Translations under genes and position numbers: made by a program
Origin: Lama glama
Lineage: Eukaryota
DNA length: 64,000 bases
Direction of reading: 5' to 3'
NCBI GenBank assembly: GCA_028534125.1
Contig: CM052817.1
Coordinates: forward strand, 84,942,001 to 85,006,000
Shown: piece after piece, positions 28,325 to 39,749 of the stretch
Position numbering within the stretch: position 1 is the first letter of the stretch
Layout: each line of letters opens with the position of its first letter
The notes under the pieces: model-generated
What the model was told of the DNA's origin: nothing
The model's input: only the letters and a program-made list of their open reading frames with translations
Databases searched by the model: none

Positions 28325-30045
28325 ATTCACTGTTCACTTTTCTTCATTTTTTTTTTTTTCTTTTTGCTCCTCAGACTCAATAATTTCAATGACCTATCTT
28401 CAGATTTGCTGAATTTTTCTTCTGCCTATTTGATGCTGCTGTTGAATCCCTATAGTGAATTTCAATTCAGTTAGTGTATTTTTCAGCTCCGGAATTTCTG
28501 TTTGGTTCTTTTTTTTTTTTTTTTTTGTAATTTCTATCTCTTTGTCGATATTCCTACTTTGTTAATATATCATTTTCCTGATTTCCTTTAGTTCTTTGTC
28601 TGTGTTTATCTTTACCTCTCTGAGAATATTTACGACATTTGTTTGAAGTCTTTGTCTAATAAATCTGATGTGTGTGTGTCTTCAAAGATTGCTTCTGAAG
28701 GATTGTTTTGTTCTTTAGAATAGGCAGTGTTTCCCTGTTTTCTTGTATGCCTTGTGATCTTTTGTTGAAAATTGAGCATTTGAAAAAATTACTACCTCTT
28801 TCAGTCTTTGCAGACTGGTGTGGAAGATCTTTACTAATTATTAGGCCCCTGACTCTTCAGATCAGTCCAGAGTGAAGTTTCAAGTCTTCTGAAGTCTTTG
28901 CTGGGCATGTGTCCCATCTGGACCTCTATGTATGTGTCCTTTTATTTATTTATATTTCCAATTTTCTTTTAAATGTCTTAATTTGCCAAAGGGTCTCAAC
29001 CTTGTTTCTTTTGGTGCTCTACATATTCTATTATAATCTTAATCTTATAATCTCTTGCCCCCAGGCATTGATGGGTCTACAGTTCTCCTGCAGTTTTCAT
29101 ATGCTGGAAGGCCTGTAACAGCTTCTGTGGATTTCAGCGTGAGATCCAATCTGTGCTGCCATTTCCTGTCTAATCTCTAAATCAGGTGGACAGAAATCAG
29201 TCTGTCAGGCAGCCCACAGACAGACCACAATGCTTCAAACAAGTTCTGAGAGTGGGAATGCTCCTTGCATCCTAAGGGAGGAAACTGGGAATTGAGTCAC
29301 TTCCCGCTGACTGTGTGCCACAGTACCAGGGAGGGGGGTGGGGCAAGGTCAAGTGAAAATGCCACAAAACTTACCATGTTTTTGAATGCAGTTTTTTTTT
29401 ATTGTTTTTGTTAATCATTCACACGCTTGTTATAGATCTTTAACTGGTTTTCAGAACTCCTGTAGAGTTATTTTAGTGAGCCTGTAGTTGTTTACTTGAT
29501 GTTTCTATGCAAAAATAAGCACGTGGAGCTTGCTACCTTGCCCTCTTGCTCACATCACTCCTGGGGAGGGTTACTTTGTCTTTGTTTTTGTTTACTGCTT
29601 ATGATATTTATCCTGTTTGGTGTTCCTCAAGCTTTCTGGAGCTATAGTTTGGGGTTTTCATTAAATTTGGAAACTTTGGCCATTATTATTTCAAATATTA
29701 TTTTTTTCTTTTCTGTCCTCTCTTCTTATGCTATTCTAACTAGATATACATTACATCTTTTGAAATGGACTGACAGTTCTTGGATGTTCATTTTTTTTCT
29801 TTTGGTCCTTGTATTTTAGTTTGGAAAGAGTCTGTTGACTCATTCATACTTTCGTTTACTATGTTGTGTTAAATGATAAATCTGTCAAAGATATCTTCAT
29901 TTCTATAATATGTTTTTGATTTCTAGAATTTCCTTTTGATTCTTAGAGTTTTTATCTCTCTGCTTACACTGTTCTTGCATGTTGTACACTTTCTCTATTA
30001 TAGCCATTAGCATATTAAATAGTTTTAAAAAACTATCAGTCTGAT
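28325..30045 (-). mobile_element. L1M ORF1/5'-region fragments (two segments)
   Basis: gacctatcttcagatttgctgaatttttcttctgcc...gttgaatccctatagtgaattt (ORF1 antisense); second ORF1-like run ttggaaactttggccattattatttcaaatatt near 29670. Confidence 0.75.
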
Positions 30046-31321
30046 TTTTGATGCATATAAAAGCTTAATAAATATTTATTGAATGAATTTTAAATAAATG
30101 AATGAAATACAGTTTATTTCCAGTAGAAGTAATATCTATAACAAAGTATTTTTAAGGAGTTGTTAGTAGCATGCAAATCAAAGTGGGACCTGCTCTAAAT
30201 AACATTTTTAATCAAGTTAGCCATTAGAAAGGAGTGTGTCTACATTATATTCCTGAAGATAAAGAGTCAATGCATGTGCTTCCAGTAATTATCTAGGTCC
30301 TATATTAAGTACTGAGCTCAAGTCAACCACATTAGAAACATTTGTACTTATAGCCAGCTGTATCTCCTACTGTGGATACAGAAATTCCAAAACACACTGA
30401 ACAGGCACATATGGCTTAGTTACAAGCAATAAAGACTAACTATGAAAATCTTCATTAAAAATATTTTAATTAAAGGATTTTGGAGCTCTTAGAATCTAGG
30501 AGAGATAGATTGGAATACAGAGAGGGATTATGGGAGATCTGAAGGGCCACGCAGCAGATATCAGAGCAAGTATATTATAGTGCAAGAACAGGCAGATTTG
30601 TGTACTGCTGCTACTGATGGCTATGAATCTGACTTCTAACTATTCCCAAGCCTTTTGTCACACTTTCGTGATTAGAAGTCTCCTTGATGCATACAAGGGC
30701 AGTAAGGTGGAGGATCTGGCTCCTACAGTAGTGAGAGGTGGCCATTTCTTCTCAATCATACCCCAAAGGAGATCAGGGAAGAGGGTGTTGGCCACTGAAC
30801 AGCCAAAAAGAGAAATATGTCCACTACAAAAGATGATGACCGCATGGTAGTATCCATCAATTAGACGATCTCATCCCTTCAAACCTAAAATCTAGTTGAG
30901 ATAAGTCAGGAAATAATGTTTCAAGAAAGGAATCCAACCTTGTTCATAAAACAGTTCTATGACATGTATCGACCATATGATATGCTTTCTTCTTGAACTT
31001 GATCAGTACATTATTAAAGATATGAGGGTAAGAATGCAAGGATAAATTTTTGTAAAGTGTAAGCCTCAGGTAACTATAATTCCCAAATCCTTTGTGATCA
31101 ATATCTGACATATCTCCTTCTATTAAATGGAATTGTGTTTCTTTTAGGTACAGCAGCTTAGCCACAATAGAAATTTTAAAGAGATTGTTAAAGAAAAAGA
31201 AACATTGAAGAGAGGCTCTGAGAAGGGTTTGGATATACTGGGTGTGCATGGCAGTGCTGATTTAACTTATTTCTAGTCATTGCAGTATTACATGCAGCAG
31301 ACTAGAGACAGGTATTTAACT

Positions 31322-31389
31322 TAATTTTCCATGTACATCTTGTATATCTGTTAGATATAATTTTCCACATATATCTTGTAACTGTAAGA
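31322..31389. repeat. Diverged 36-bp-period tandem duplication
   Basis: taattttccatgtacatcttgtatatctgttaga versus taattttccacatatatcttgtaactgtaaga. Confidence 0.8.
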
Positions 31390-32599
31390 AGACAGAGCAG
31401 AAGGAAAAAAAAACATTTTCCAAATTCTTTTTCCTTCTTTGGAATATTTCCTGGAATATTTAATAAGCTGAACCCAGAACTTTTAATTTGTAGAATTTTT
31501 GATACCTTTGGAATGAAGGGAAAAATGAGGCAAAATCTCAGTATACAGCCAAAATATTTTTTGTACATAAATAATATGTAGAAAAAGCATAGCAAATGAG
31601 CAAGTAACTATCAAGGAAATGTGGCGAAGTTGTTCCAGAACACTGTATGAGATATCTTTAGGCATTAAGAGAATTATATCATAAGGTACTTTGAGGAATC
31701 ATCATAATGGGCAGTAGAATCACCACCAAATTCTGGAATATATTAGTAATAATTAGTAATAGTGAAAAATATTCACAGAATTTCCACAGGAATATTTTTG
31801 TGTATATCCAGTTATGAGACTAGGACTAAAATATGGAGCACAGAATTTGTGATGGTTAGAGTGTCAGATTGGTGTAGGACTATTACCATATATTCATACT
31901 CATTGGGGTAAGTAACAAATTACTTTTGTCAGTGTGTAGAGATTTTATCATTTTAGCACCATGTCTCATGGTGATTTCTGAAGTCCTTGCTAACTTTCAT
32001 GCTAAATGGAGAAGATGGTTTGTGATATCATATGCCTAAAGTTGCTAACAAATTTGGTTGATGAGATTATTTTGGCTTAAATTAACACAAGAGAATTAGC
32101 TTCTTGAGATCTTAGGTTGTCTAATGTTGGTGTAAATTATATTCTACATAAGTGATCATTGTCTATAGACAGACACACTATGCAGTACTTTATATTTAAG
32201 AATATATCAGACTTAGATCAAGTGTTTTTGTTAATTTTCCAATTTACTCTGTCACAGGATACATTTCAGCAAAATGTGTACCAAATAATATTTTGTAACA
32301 TGGTATAAACATTAACACCTACCTGTTCATTTTGATCAATTTGTTATATGCCTGATTTAGTGTCAGCAGTTATTATGACAGCAGAGAGTTAAGGTTCCTT
32401 GAGTGATAATTTGTTTTAAGACTTAAGAATTAACTCTTTAATCCATATTTTTGATATTTCAAAAGAGACGAAGAAAATAATTCAGGATTTTAATATTTCA
32501 AAAAATAAATATAACTCAAATTGACTCTAAAAACCTTTTTAAAACGTCTAAATATTAGTTCAAAAGACTTAATAGAAAAAGACCTCTACAGATATAAAA

Positions 32600-33040
32600 T
32601 CACAAGAATCTAATTTTCAGGCCAACAACCCAAGAAGGCAAGTTAAGCTTCAAGATAAAGGTTTTAAAAACTCGTTAGAGACAAAAATACCAGTGAACTT
32701 AAGTCCAGGTAGTGAGGAGTTCTTTATAAGGAAAGAAAAAAACCCGAAAACCACTGCTGCACTCATCCTTGGCAGAACAGTCAGAAAAGGAAGAATAAAC
32801 CATAGACCAGGAAACAAGAGACCAGTCAAAATTCTAATCAGCTTTTAATGACCACATGTGGGCTCATTTTTAACTATTTAAAGGAAAAATAATAATAAAG
32901 TAGTGTGGGGTTTCGAGTGTAGGTAGCAGTAAAATACAAGACAAAAGAAGCACAAAGGCAAGGGGTGGATAATTAAAATTATACTGTCTTAAGGCTGTTA
33001 GTCTGTTTGTGAAGTAGTATAAAATTATTTCAGAGTTCTC
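32600..33040 (+). mobile_element. Old L1M 5'/inter-ORF fragments
   Basis: gtaaaatacaagacaaaagaagcacaaaggcaagggg...tatactgtcttaagg resembles the L1M inter-ORF spacer. Confidence 0.55.
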
Positions 33041-33044
33041 TGTA

Positions 33045-33440
33045 AATCTTCTGAGATGGTGGTCAGTGGGCTGGATGTTTATTAGGAGTACTCTTCACAG
33101 CCCCACTTGTGGAAGGAAGGAGCTGAAATAGGACTGAGAAGAGGGAACTATCTGTGATGAAAAACCAGTAAAAGCTTCCCGCTACCTCATGGGTACTTTG
33201 GAGTTGGCATGGTCCTGAGATTTCTTCTGAGTTGAGATGGGGGAGTTAGGAGTCTTCACCCATGGGATGAGCAGTCATTAGATGTCGACCACCCCTGCAA
33301 GGAGGCATGAGCTTTCAAGAGGGAGTTTTCTTTAGCTGACACAATTCCAAGGATAACTGAGAGCTGAGAGCCATCTTACAGCTGCACTTCCAACAGCTGG
33401 GGCAAGCCCTTCATTCCTGAAGGCAAATCTGGTGATTCAA
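33045..33440 (-). mobile_element. ERVL LTR16-family LTR
   Basis: ctgagatgg...gtttattaggagtactctt...cagtcattagatgt...cagctggggc...cctgaaggcaaatctgg is colinear with the reverse LTR16 consensus. Confidence 0.8.
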
Positions 33441-35326
33441 TACAATTCAACATCAACTAAAGTGTATCTCTGTTTGTACAGACATGGAGGATTTGGTGGA
33501 AGTATATACATCAATACACAGCATATTGTCCTCTCACAAGGTTGACATTGGAAGGTGTATGGTTGGAGATATTAATTTTTAAAGTATATCTTTCCATTAT
33601 TTAGTCTTGTATAAATGTATTTTTAATAATATTTCTTAAAATTTGTGAAGACACACAAAATGGTATTTTAATTTCAGCGTTCTTTTGTATTTGATGCTGA
33701 TTGTATTTCTTTGAGGACAGTGGCCATTATCATACCAATCAGAATTTAAAGGAAAATAAGAATATTTCTTTAGCAATTTAATTGACTCTGAAAGATTTTT
33801 CTTATCTATATTCAGTACATCAGATTTTCTTTTCATTTTTAAAGCTGTGAGTGGGAGAAAATACTATTCTTGCTACTTTAGTTGCCAACCAATGATAGGT
33901 CTCTTTGAGCAGAAAAACAATTAGTAGTTATTCTTATTCTGTGGTTGGATATAAGAGTGCTTTCATACTGAAAAAAGAAAAAAAGAAAAAAGGAAAGAAA
34001 GCATAGTGCACTATTAGCCAACAATAGGCGTTTCCTTTGGCTGAAGGTAGTTCCTGATCATAGTCTCAATCCTTACTTGAGCTGGATTTTAGCTTTGTGT
34101 ATTTTACTTCTTATAAACTTCAGTAATTCTGAATTGGAGGATTGTAAAGTTTCATAGAGAATACTAGTCATAGTCCAAGATGAATAACTGAAACAGATGC
34201 CCAGAAGACAACATGATTTTCTCTATCAAAGGTATGTTAGTGTTCTGCTTTCTTCAATGTAAAAAGAGCTATGATGGACAAATATAGGAACAAGTTGGTT
34301 TTAGAGCCAACAGTTTATTTTGAAGGGAAATTTGATAAGATAATAGCGCTGATGCCTGTGAGTGGATTTATGAACAAGAATTATGTAGAGATATTTCTCT
34401 AATACAAGGGATATATAAAAATTATATGTTGATACAGACACTTATACATCTACTGAGTCCAAGTATTTATTAACCATATTTTTTTCCCTAACAGTGGCAG
34501 ATGTCCTCATTGAAAGCATATGAAGGTAATCTATTTTATAAATCATACATATGCTGCAAAGTAGTTATCCAAAGTGCAACCAATAACACATCAGTAGATT
34601 TTGAGAGATATTTTAAAAGGTAATGGAGTTTCTGTATTTTCTGTGGCAAATTAACAACACCACACACCACCTTGACTATAATATTGATTATATCACTTTA
34701 TAAAATTGTCTGCCTGAGGTTTAAGTTACTGACTTTAGCATCGTATTGGTCTGATAATTGCATTTCAATTTGCTTTGGGAAACCATGTCTGGATTAATTG
34801 AGTCATTATAGTTAAAGTTGGTAATAAACAATAATAGGAAATATTTGTCTGTTCAAATGCTGTTATTGCCTTTAACCATTTTGAATTATTAAACCAGCCA
34901 AATCAATACTGCTCACTTATTTTCAATAATGAGTTCAATGACATAAAAGTAAACAGTTTTAGGAAATGACTTTCTTTTTGAAGCCCAGCACATGTTGCTA
35001 TGAATGCAGAGTGAACTTGCTGCAGCTTTTGGCAGTTTTTAAAATTATTGTTAATTAACGTTTCTGCTAAAATTCCTGCAAGCTTAACTGCAGTTGATGA
35101 GTTATCATGCTACAGCCAATGAATCCTGAACTAATTTCATAAACATAGTTATTTAACCTAAATTATATTCTCCATCAATCGAGACAAATGAATTTTTAAA
35201 TGCCATATTATTGTGAGTTTTAATAATACTGCTTTATACCTATATTGGTTTATACTTAAAGAATGTAATATCTATGCATTCTTGTATTTCTGCATAGAAG
35301 GTACTAAAATAGGAATATTAATAGTG

Positions 35327-35355
35327 ATATATATATATATATATATAGAGAGAGA
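35327..35355. repeat. (AT)n(AG)n compound microsatellite
   Basis: About 10 AT units followed by about 4 AG units. Confidence 0.95.
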
Positions 35356-35409
35356 ATGTATACTTAAAATATATTTATTTGCCAAAATTGATATGTAACA
35401 GATAAACTG

Positions 35410-35550
35410 TGGTTTTTGATGCAAGGAAAAGTGGACTAGGAATCAGGAGCTCTCAGCTGTAGTTTCAGTACTACTCCCTGTAAATTTCATGAACTCTAAC
35501 AAGTCATGTAATTTACTGAGTCTCAGTTGATACCTTGGCAAATAAAAAAA
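35410..35550 (+). mobile_element. MIR SINE
   Basis: tggactaggaatcagga...caagtcatgtaatttactgagtctcagtt. Confidence 0.65.
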
Positions 35551-36154
35551 AAATCACTGAATTCTTGTAAAGGTATAGAGTTAATGTCTCAGAACTGCCT
35601 TATAAATATAAAGGATTTTTACAAGAAACAGAGGATTAATTTTATTGTCTATTATTCTTTCTTTTTATTAATTCAAATTTGTTAAATTCACATTCTATAT
35701 AACTGTATTTTATATGAATATAATGGCTCCAAATTTGCTTCCCAGGTTATCATGGATTATATATAATTTTTTCTTAATTTAAAATTCAATATGACTTTTC
35801 CAGGAGTCTCTATATTTATAAATAAGATGTAGAAAATGATCACTTAGTAAAATATACAAAGAAGATCCCAGATTAGATAAAACCCTGTCTAAGTTAAAAC
35901 TGGAGTATTTGATTCTGAAAGAATTTCAGGAGTGATGATTCATTTCTTATTAGTATAGTCAACATGTAAAAAAAAAAAACCTTTAGTTACAGGAATATGT
36001 GCTTAAAATACACATTATAAGAGGATAAAAGAAGTAAAATTCTACTGAAAGACTAGTTTATTGTTTTCTGAAAAAAAAGAAAAGAAATGCGATGAAAGAG
36101 AGATTGATGTATTTTGTTTCCAGATAGCTATTTATTGTGCTAAGCATGACTAAA

Positions 36155-36410
36155 TAATTCATTCATTCATTTATTAATGCAACCCTCTATTGACTATCTG
36201 TTATATATTCATTGCTAGGTGCTGATGCTGCAAGGATGTGAAAGAATGGTTCTACTCCCAGTATAGTGGGGGAAGCCAACTTTGTAAGAGATAATTACAA
36301 CAAGGTTTTATGTGCCATAATCTGTACATGTCTAAAATGGTAAAGACACATCAAACAGAGGTGTAATTGAGAATGCTGAGAAGTCTTCCCAGAGGATAGG
36401 TACTTGGATT
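36155..36410 (-). mobile_element. L2 3' end
   Basis: (ttca)n tail, tattgactatct, tgctaggtgctg, aagtcttcccagagga. Confidence 0.7.
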
Positions 36411-36860
36411 CTGTATTAGCTGTTCGATTTTATGTAACACTTTCCATTTTTATCTCTATTCTCACATTTTTTTTCTAGAGAGAGAGGTTTCAGTACCATA
36501 TTTTATTTATCTAAATCCATATTGCTATTTTTTATACTCTGCTTACATCATCTCATAGAATGTTAGGTGCTGTGAAGACCCTCTAGCTTCATGTTACCAG
36601 TTTACAGAGGGTTACATAGATGTCACAGCCCCAGAGCTGTTCCTGGAAGAGGGAGGGCCAGAAAATGGGCATTCTGACTTTAGTGCAGGGTACTACCTTT
36701 CCTTATGTACCCATTCTCATATTATGTTCTTAGTTCTATCCAGATTCAGAAAGCATATGAAAGTCATACAATGATATAATTTATATTTTTATTTTATATA
36801 TCCATATATGTATCTAGCTTCAAATCTACTTTTGGTGACCAAAAGTTGATGAAGGATTTC

Positions 36861-36978
36861 AGAGAGAGAGGGAAGGACAGTGAGGCAAGGGGGGGAAGGG
36901 GAGAGAGAAAGTGAGAAAGAGAGGAAGAGAACAGGGATGAAAAAGAGGTGAAAGAGGGAAAGAGTGAGAGAGAAAAAG
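36861..36978. repeat. GA-rich low-complexity polypurine tract
   Basis: About 118 bp, nearly all A/G. Confidence 0.9.
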
Positions 36979-37569
36979 GTGCTTACATTACTTACTATAG
37001 GTAACAAAGCAATTAATTGAATGCAGAATACTGAAAAAAATAAATTCTGTGGTTAAATAGGGAAATATAATTTCTGTTACTGGATTTGTAAACGTTGCTC
37101 ATGAACAGAATTATTTCAATCCATCATGAAGTCTCAAACGTTGACTCTGCTAATCTCATTTTAACACCTTGAGACACATACCCAGTACATAAAAATGAAC
37201 CATCATAAGACAGATCCAAAAATGGAGCAAGATTGGAACCCAAAAAGCAAAAATGTTCTGCAAAAGAGGGCAAGGTATCAAAGGGAGAAAAATTAACTTG
37301 GTGATGGTAACAGGATATTTGGTAGAAATTTTTTCAAATGAGGTACTTTAGATTCCACATTATAAACTCTTACCAGTAAATTCTTTAGTTCAAATTACGC
37401 TGTTCACACATGGTTTTAGAATAATTGTAACCTTTGGAATAAATCTAAGAGGTATAGAGGTTTTGTTCAAATCTGGCATGGGCTTACTCTCAGAGAAAAC
37501 TGATAACACACACTATGTTATATTAATCATCTTCATAACTATGAGGTAGATTCTTGTTCTGGCTTGTTC

Positions 37570-38165
37570 TGTGTCAGTTTGGTTAAGTAGGGATTCAGGT
37601 TGCTTGAATCTCCTTTCTGGTATAGTTTTGGTTAGAGTTTGCTGTGGGAGGAACTTGGGTGAGATTTGGAAGATGACAGTGTAGGAAGCAGCCCTTACTC
37701 ACAGATAGTTATCATGGTCAGATATTGTTATGGTCAGAAATAGAAGTGCCAGTGGATTCCAATTTGTTGCTCCTTTTCCCTGCGTCGAGTTTGTCTTCTG
37801 GAAGATAGTCCTGTTGGCCAATAGTGGCACCAGATCCAGACCAGATATTTGACTATGGACACACAGAAACAGTAGCTGCCAGACAAAGGCCATGGCTTAT
37901 CACAGACCTCTTCAGAAGCTCCCTCTTCATACTCCTACTCTGGTGGTTGAACAGGCTTGGCCTCCTGGATTTTCCAGCAAGTTCTTTTTAGGTGTGCAGT
38001 GCTAGTGCTTCAGACTAATTACTGACTTTCTTTGACCCTCTAGCTTCCCCTTCCAGATGTTTATTTTACCCAGCCTGCTCCCACCCTAGCCCCAAGATGT
38101 GTAAGGGTTTATTCCTATAAGGCTCATAGTAGCTCTGTTTTCTTGACTGACACTGACTGATAGAC
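37570..38165 (+). mobile_element. ERVL solo LTR (LTR50/LTR52-like)
   Basis: Starts tgtgtcagtttggttaag, internal gtgagatttggaag, ends gctctgttttcttgactgacactgactgata. Confidence 0.7.
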
Positions 38166-38169
38166 ACAA

Positions 38170-38305
38170 TTGTTATTATTATGTTTTCTTTTGTACTGAG
38201 GCTCAAAGAAGTTGGTTGGTTTGCCTAAAGTTTTATAACTTGTAACTGGCAGAACTGGGATTTGATTTAAGTTGGTCTGACTATAAAACAAGGATCCTGA
38301 ACTCA
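38170..38305 (-). mobile_element. MIR SINE
   Basis: actgaggctcaaaga...ttgcctaaag...tggcagaactgggatttga. Confidence 0.75.
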
Positions 38306-39749
38306 AACAGCCTCAGAGGACAGGTAAGGTAAGAGAACGACACAAGCTTAGAGTAAAAAATATTTCTCAGAGAGAAACAATCAGGTGTTCTAGTATACAT
38401 AGCTCTCTAACGCATGTACTCAAGCTTCATTGAGAACTGAAGACTTAAGTTATCAACCTAAAACACTTGCTTTCAATTTAGGTCAGTGCATTCAGGCTTT
38501 CCCTAATAATTAAAAAAAAAAAGGTGGATATAAGTTACACTTGAATAACTAAAAGACCTTGTAGACAATTTTTGCACTAATGGAGACTGCTCAAAAATTA
38601 AAGCCAAACCTTCTTCTTTTATTGATTGATAATCCTGGTATATATAGATCTGAATCTGTGTTCAGCTCTGGATAAGTTTACATAGTAATTGTTATTATGG
38701 AGACTTTCTGACTTAATGTAGTCTGATTTTTTGATATTTCAGAAGATGTCAAGAGTTTGAATTTTCAAATAAAATTTCAGTATTAAATTTTAGCTCACTT
38801 GTAATAGGAAACAGGCTACACTATAATGTCCCTATCACTCCTAACACTCTTAAACATTTAGTATATGCTTGTCACTGAGCATTTTTAGTCTGGAGAAATA
38901 TGGTAACTTGTTGTATGTTAACTAGATTAGAAATATTTTCTGATAAAATATCCTTTCATATGAAAGCTGAAAGATGTAAACTTGCTGAATATTTTGTACT
39001 GGGTTATTTTAGATGTTAATTAGGTAACTTACAGGGCAATTAATGAGTAAATGGAAGAAAAGTTCTCCACACCCCCCAATCCATTATATATTGCCATCAT
39101 CATACTAATGTGTCGTAATTTATCCCTGCAGTTAGTCCCAAGTGTACATTATACATGGATTCATTATGGTATTTTTATTCTTCTTGTAATCACACTTTGA
39201 AAAAAAAAACATGGAACTTAATCAATGAGTATCAAAATGCCTACTCAAATAATCATCAAAGCACCATGAAAACCCATATGATGGAGCTGGCATTTTTATT
39301 CCATTTTCAATAAGACAATTAACATCAGCCAGTGATTGCTAAAGTTGTAAATACATTTTTAAAAAATAGCCTTGATGGAGATACAGAGTTGCTTTAGAAG
39401 TATTTTTTTATATTTTCTTTATAAGTGCTAATATGAAAATTACTGAAAGCAGTCAGTTGACACTCACTTATCAATTTCTCTTTATGCTTTGCTGAAAGCT
39501 AAAAAATTTTGTGTTTAGCATTTCATCTGCTTGTATTGCTCAGGAGGTATTTGAATGGAATAGATGAGGTACAGTTGGAAATAGTTTTTAAAATTATTTT
39601 CATAGTAGTTAGCATTTTTGTGTGTATAATTTTATATATCTTATATCACAAGATTGCAAAATCAAAAGGAAGGATTTTTGTTTGACTCTGAAGTCAACTT
39701 TTAAAATTTAATATTTGAGCTTTTAGTGATGAAAATTTTATATCCAGAC

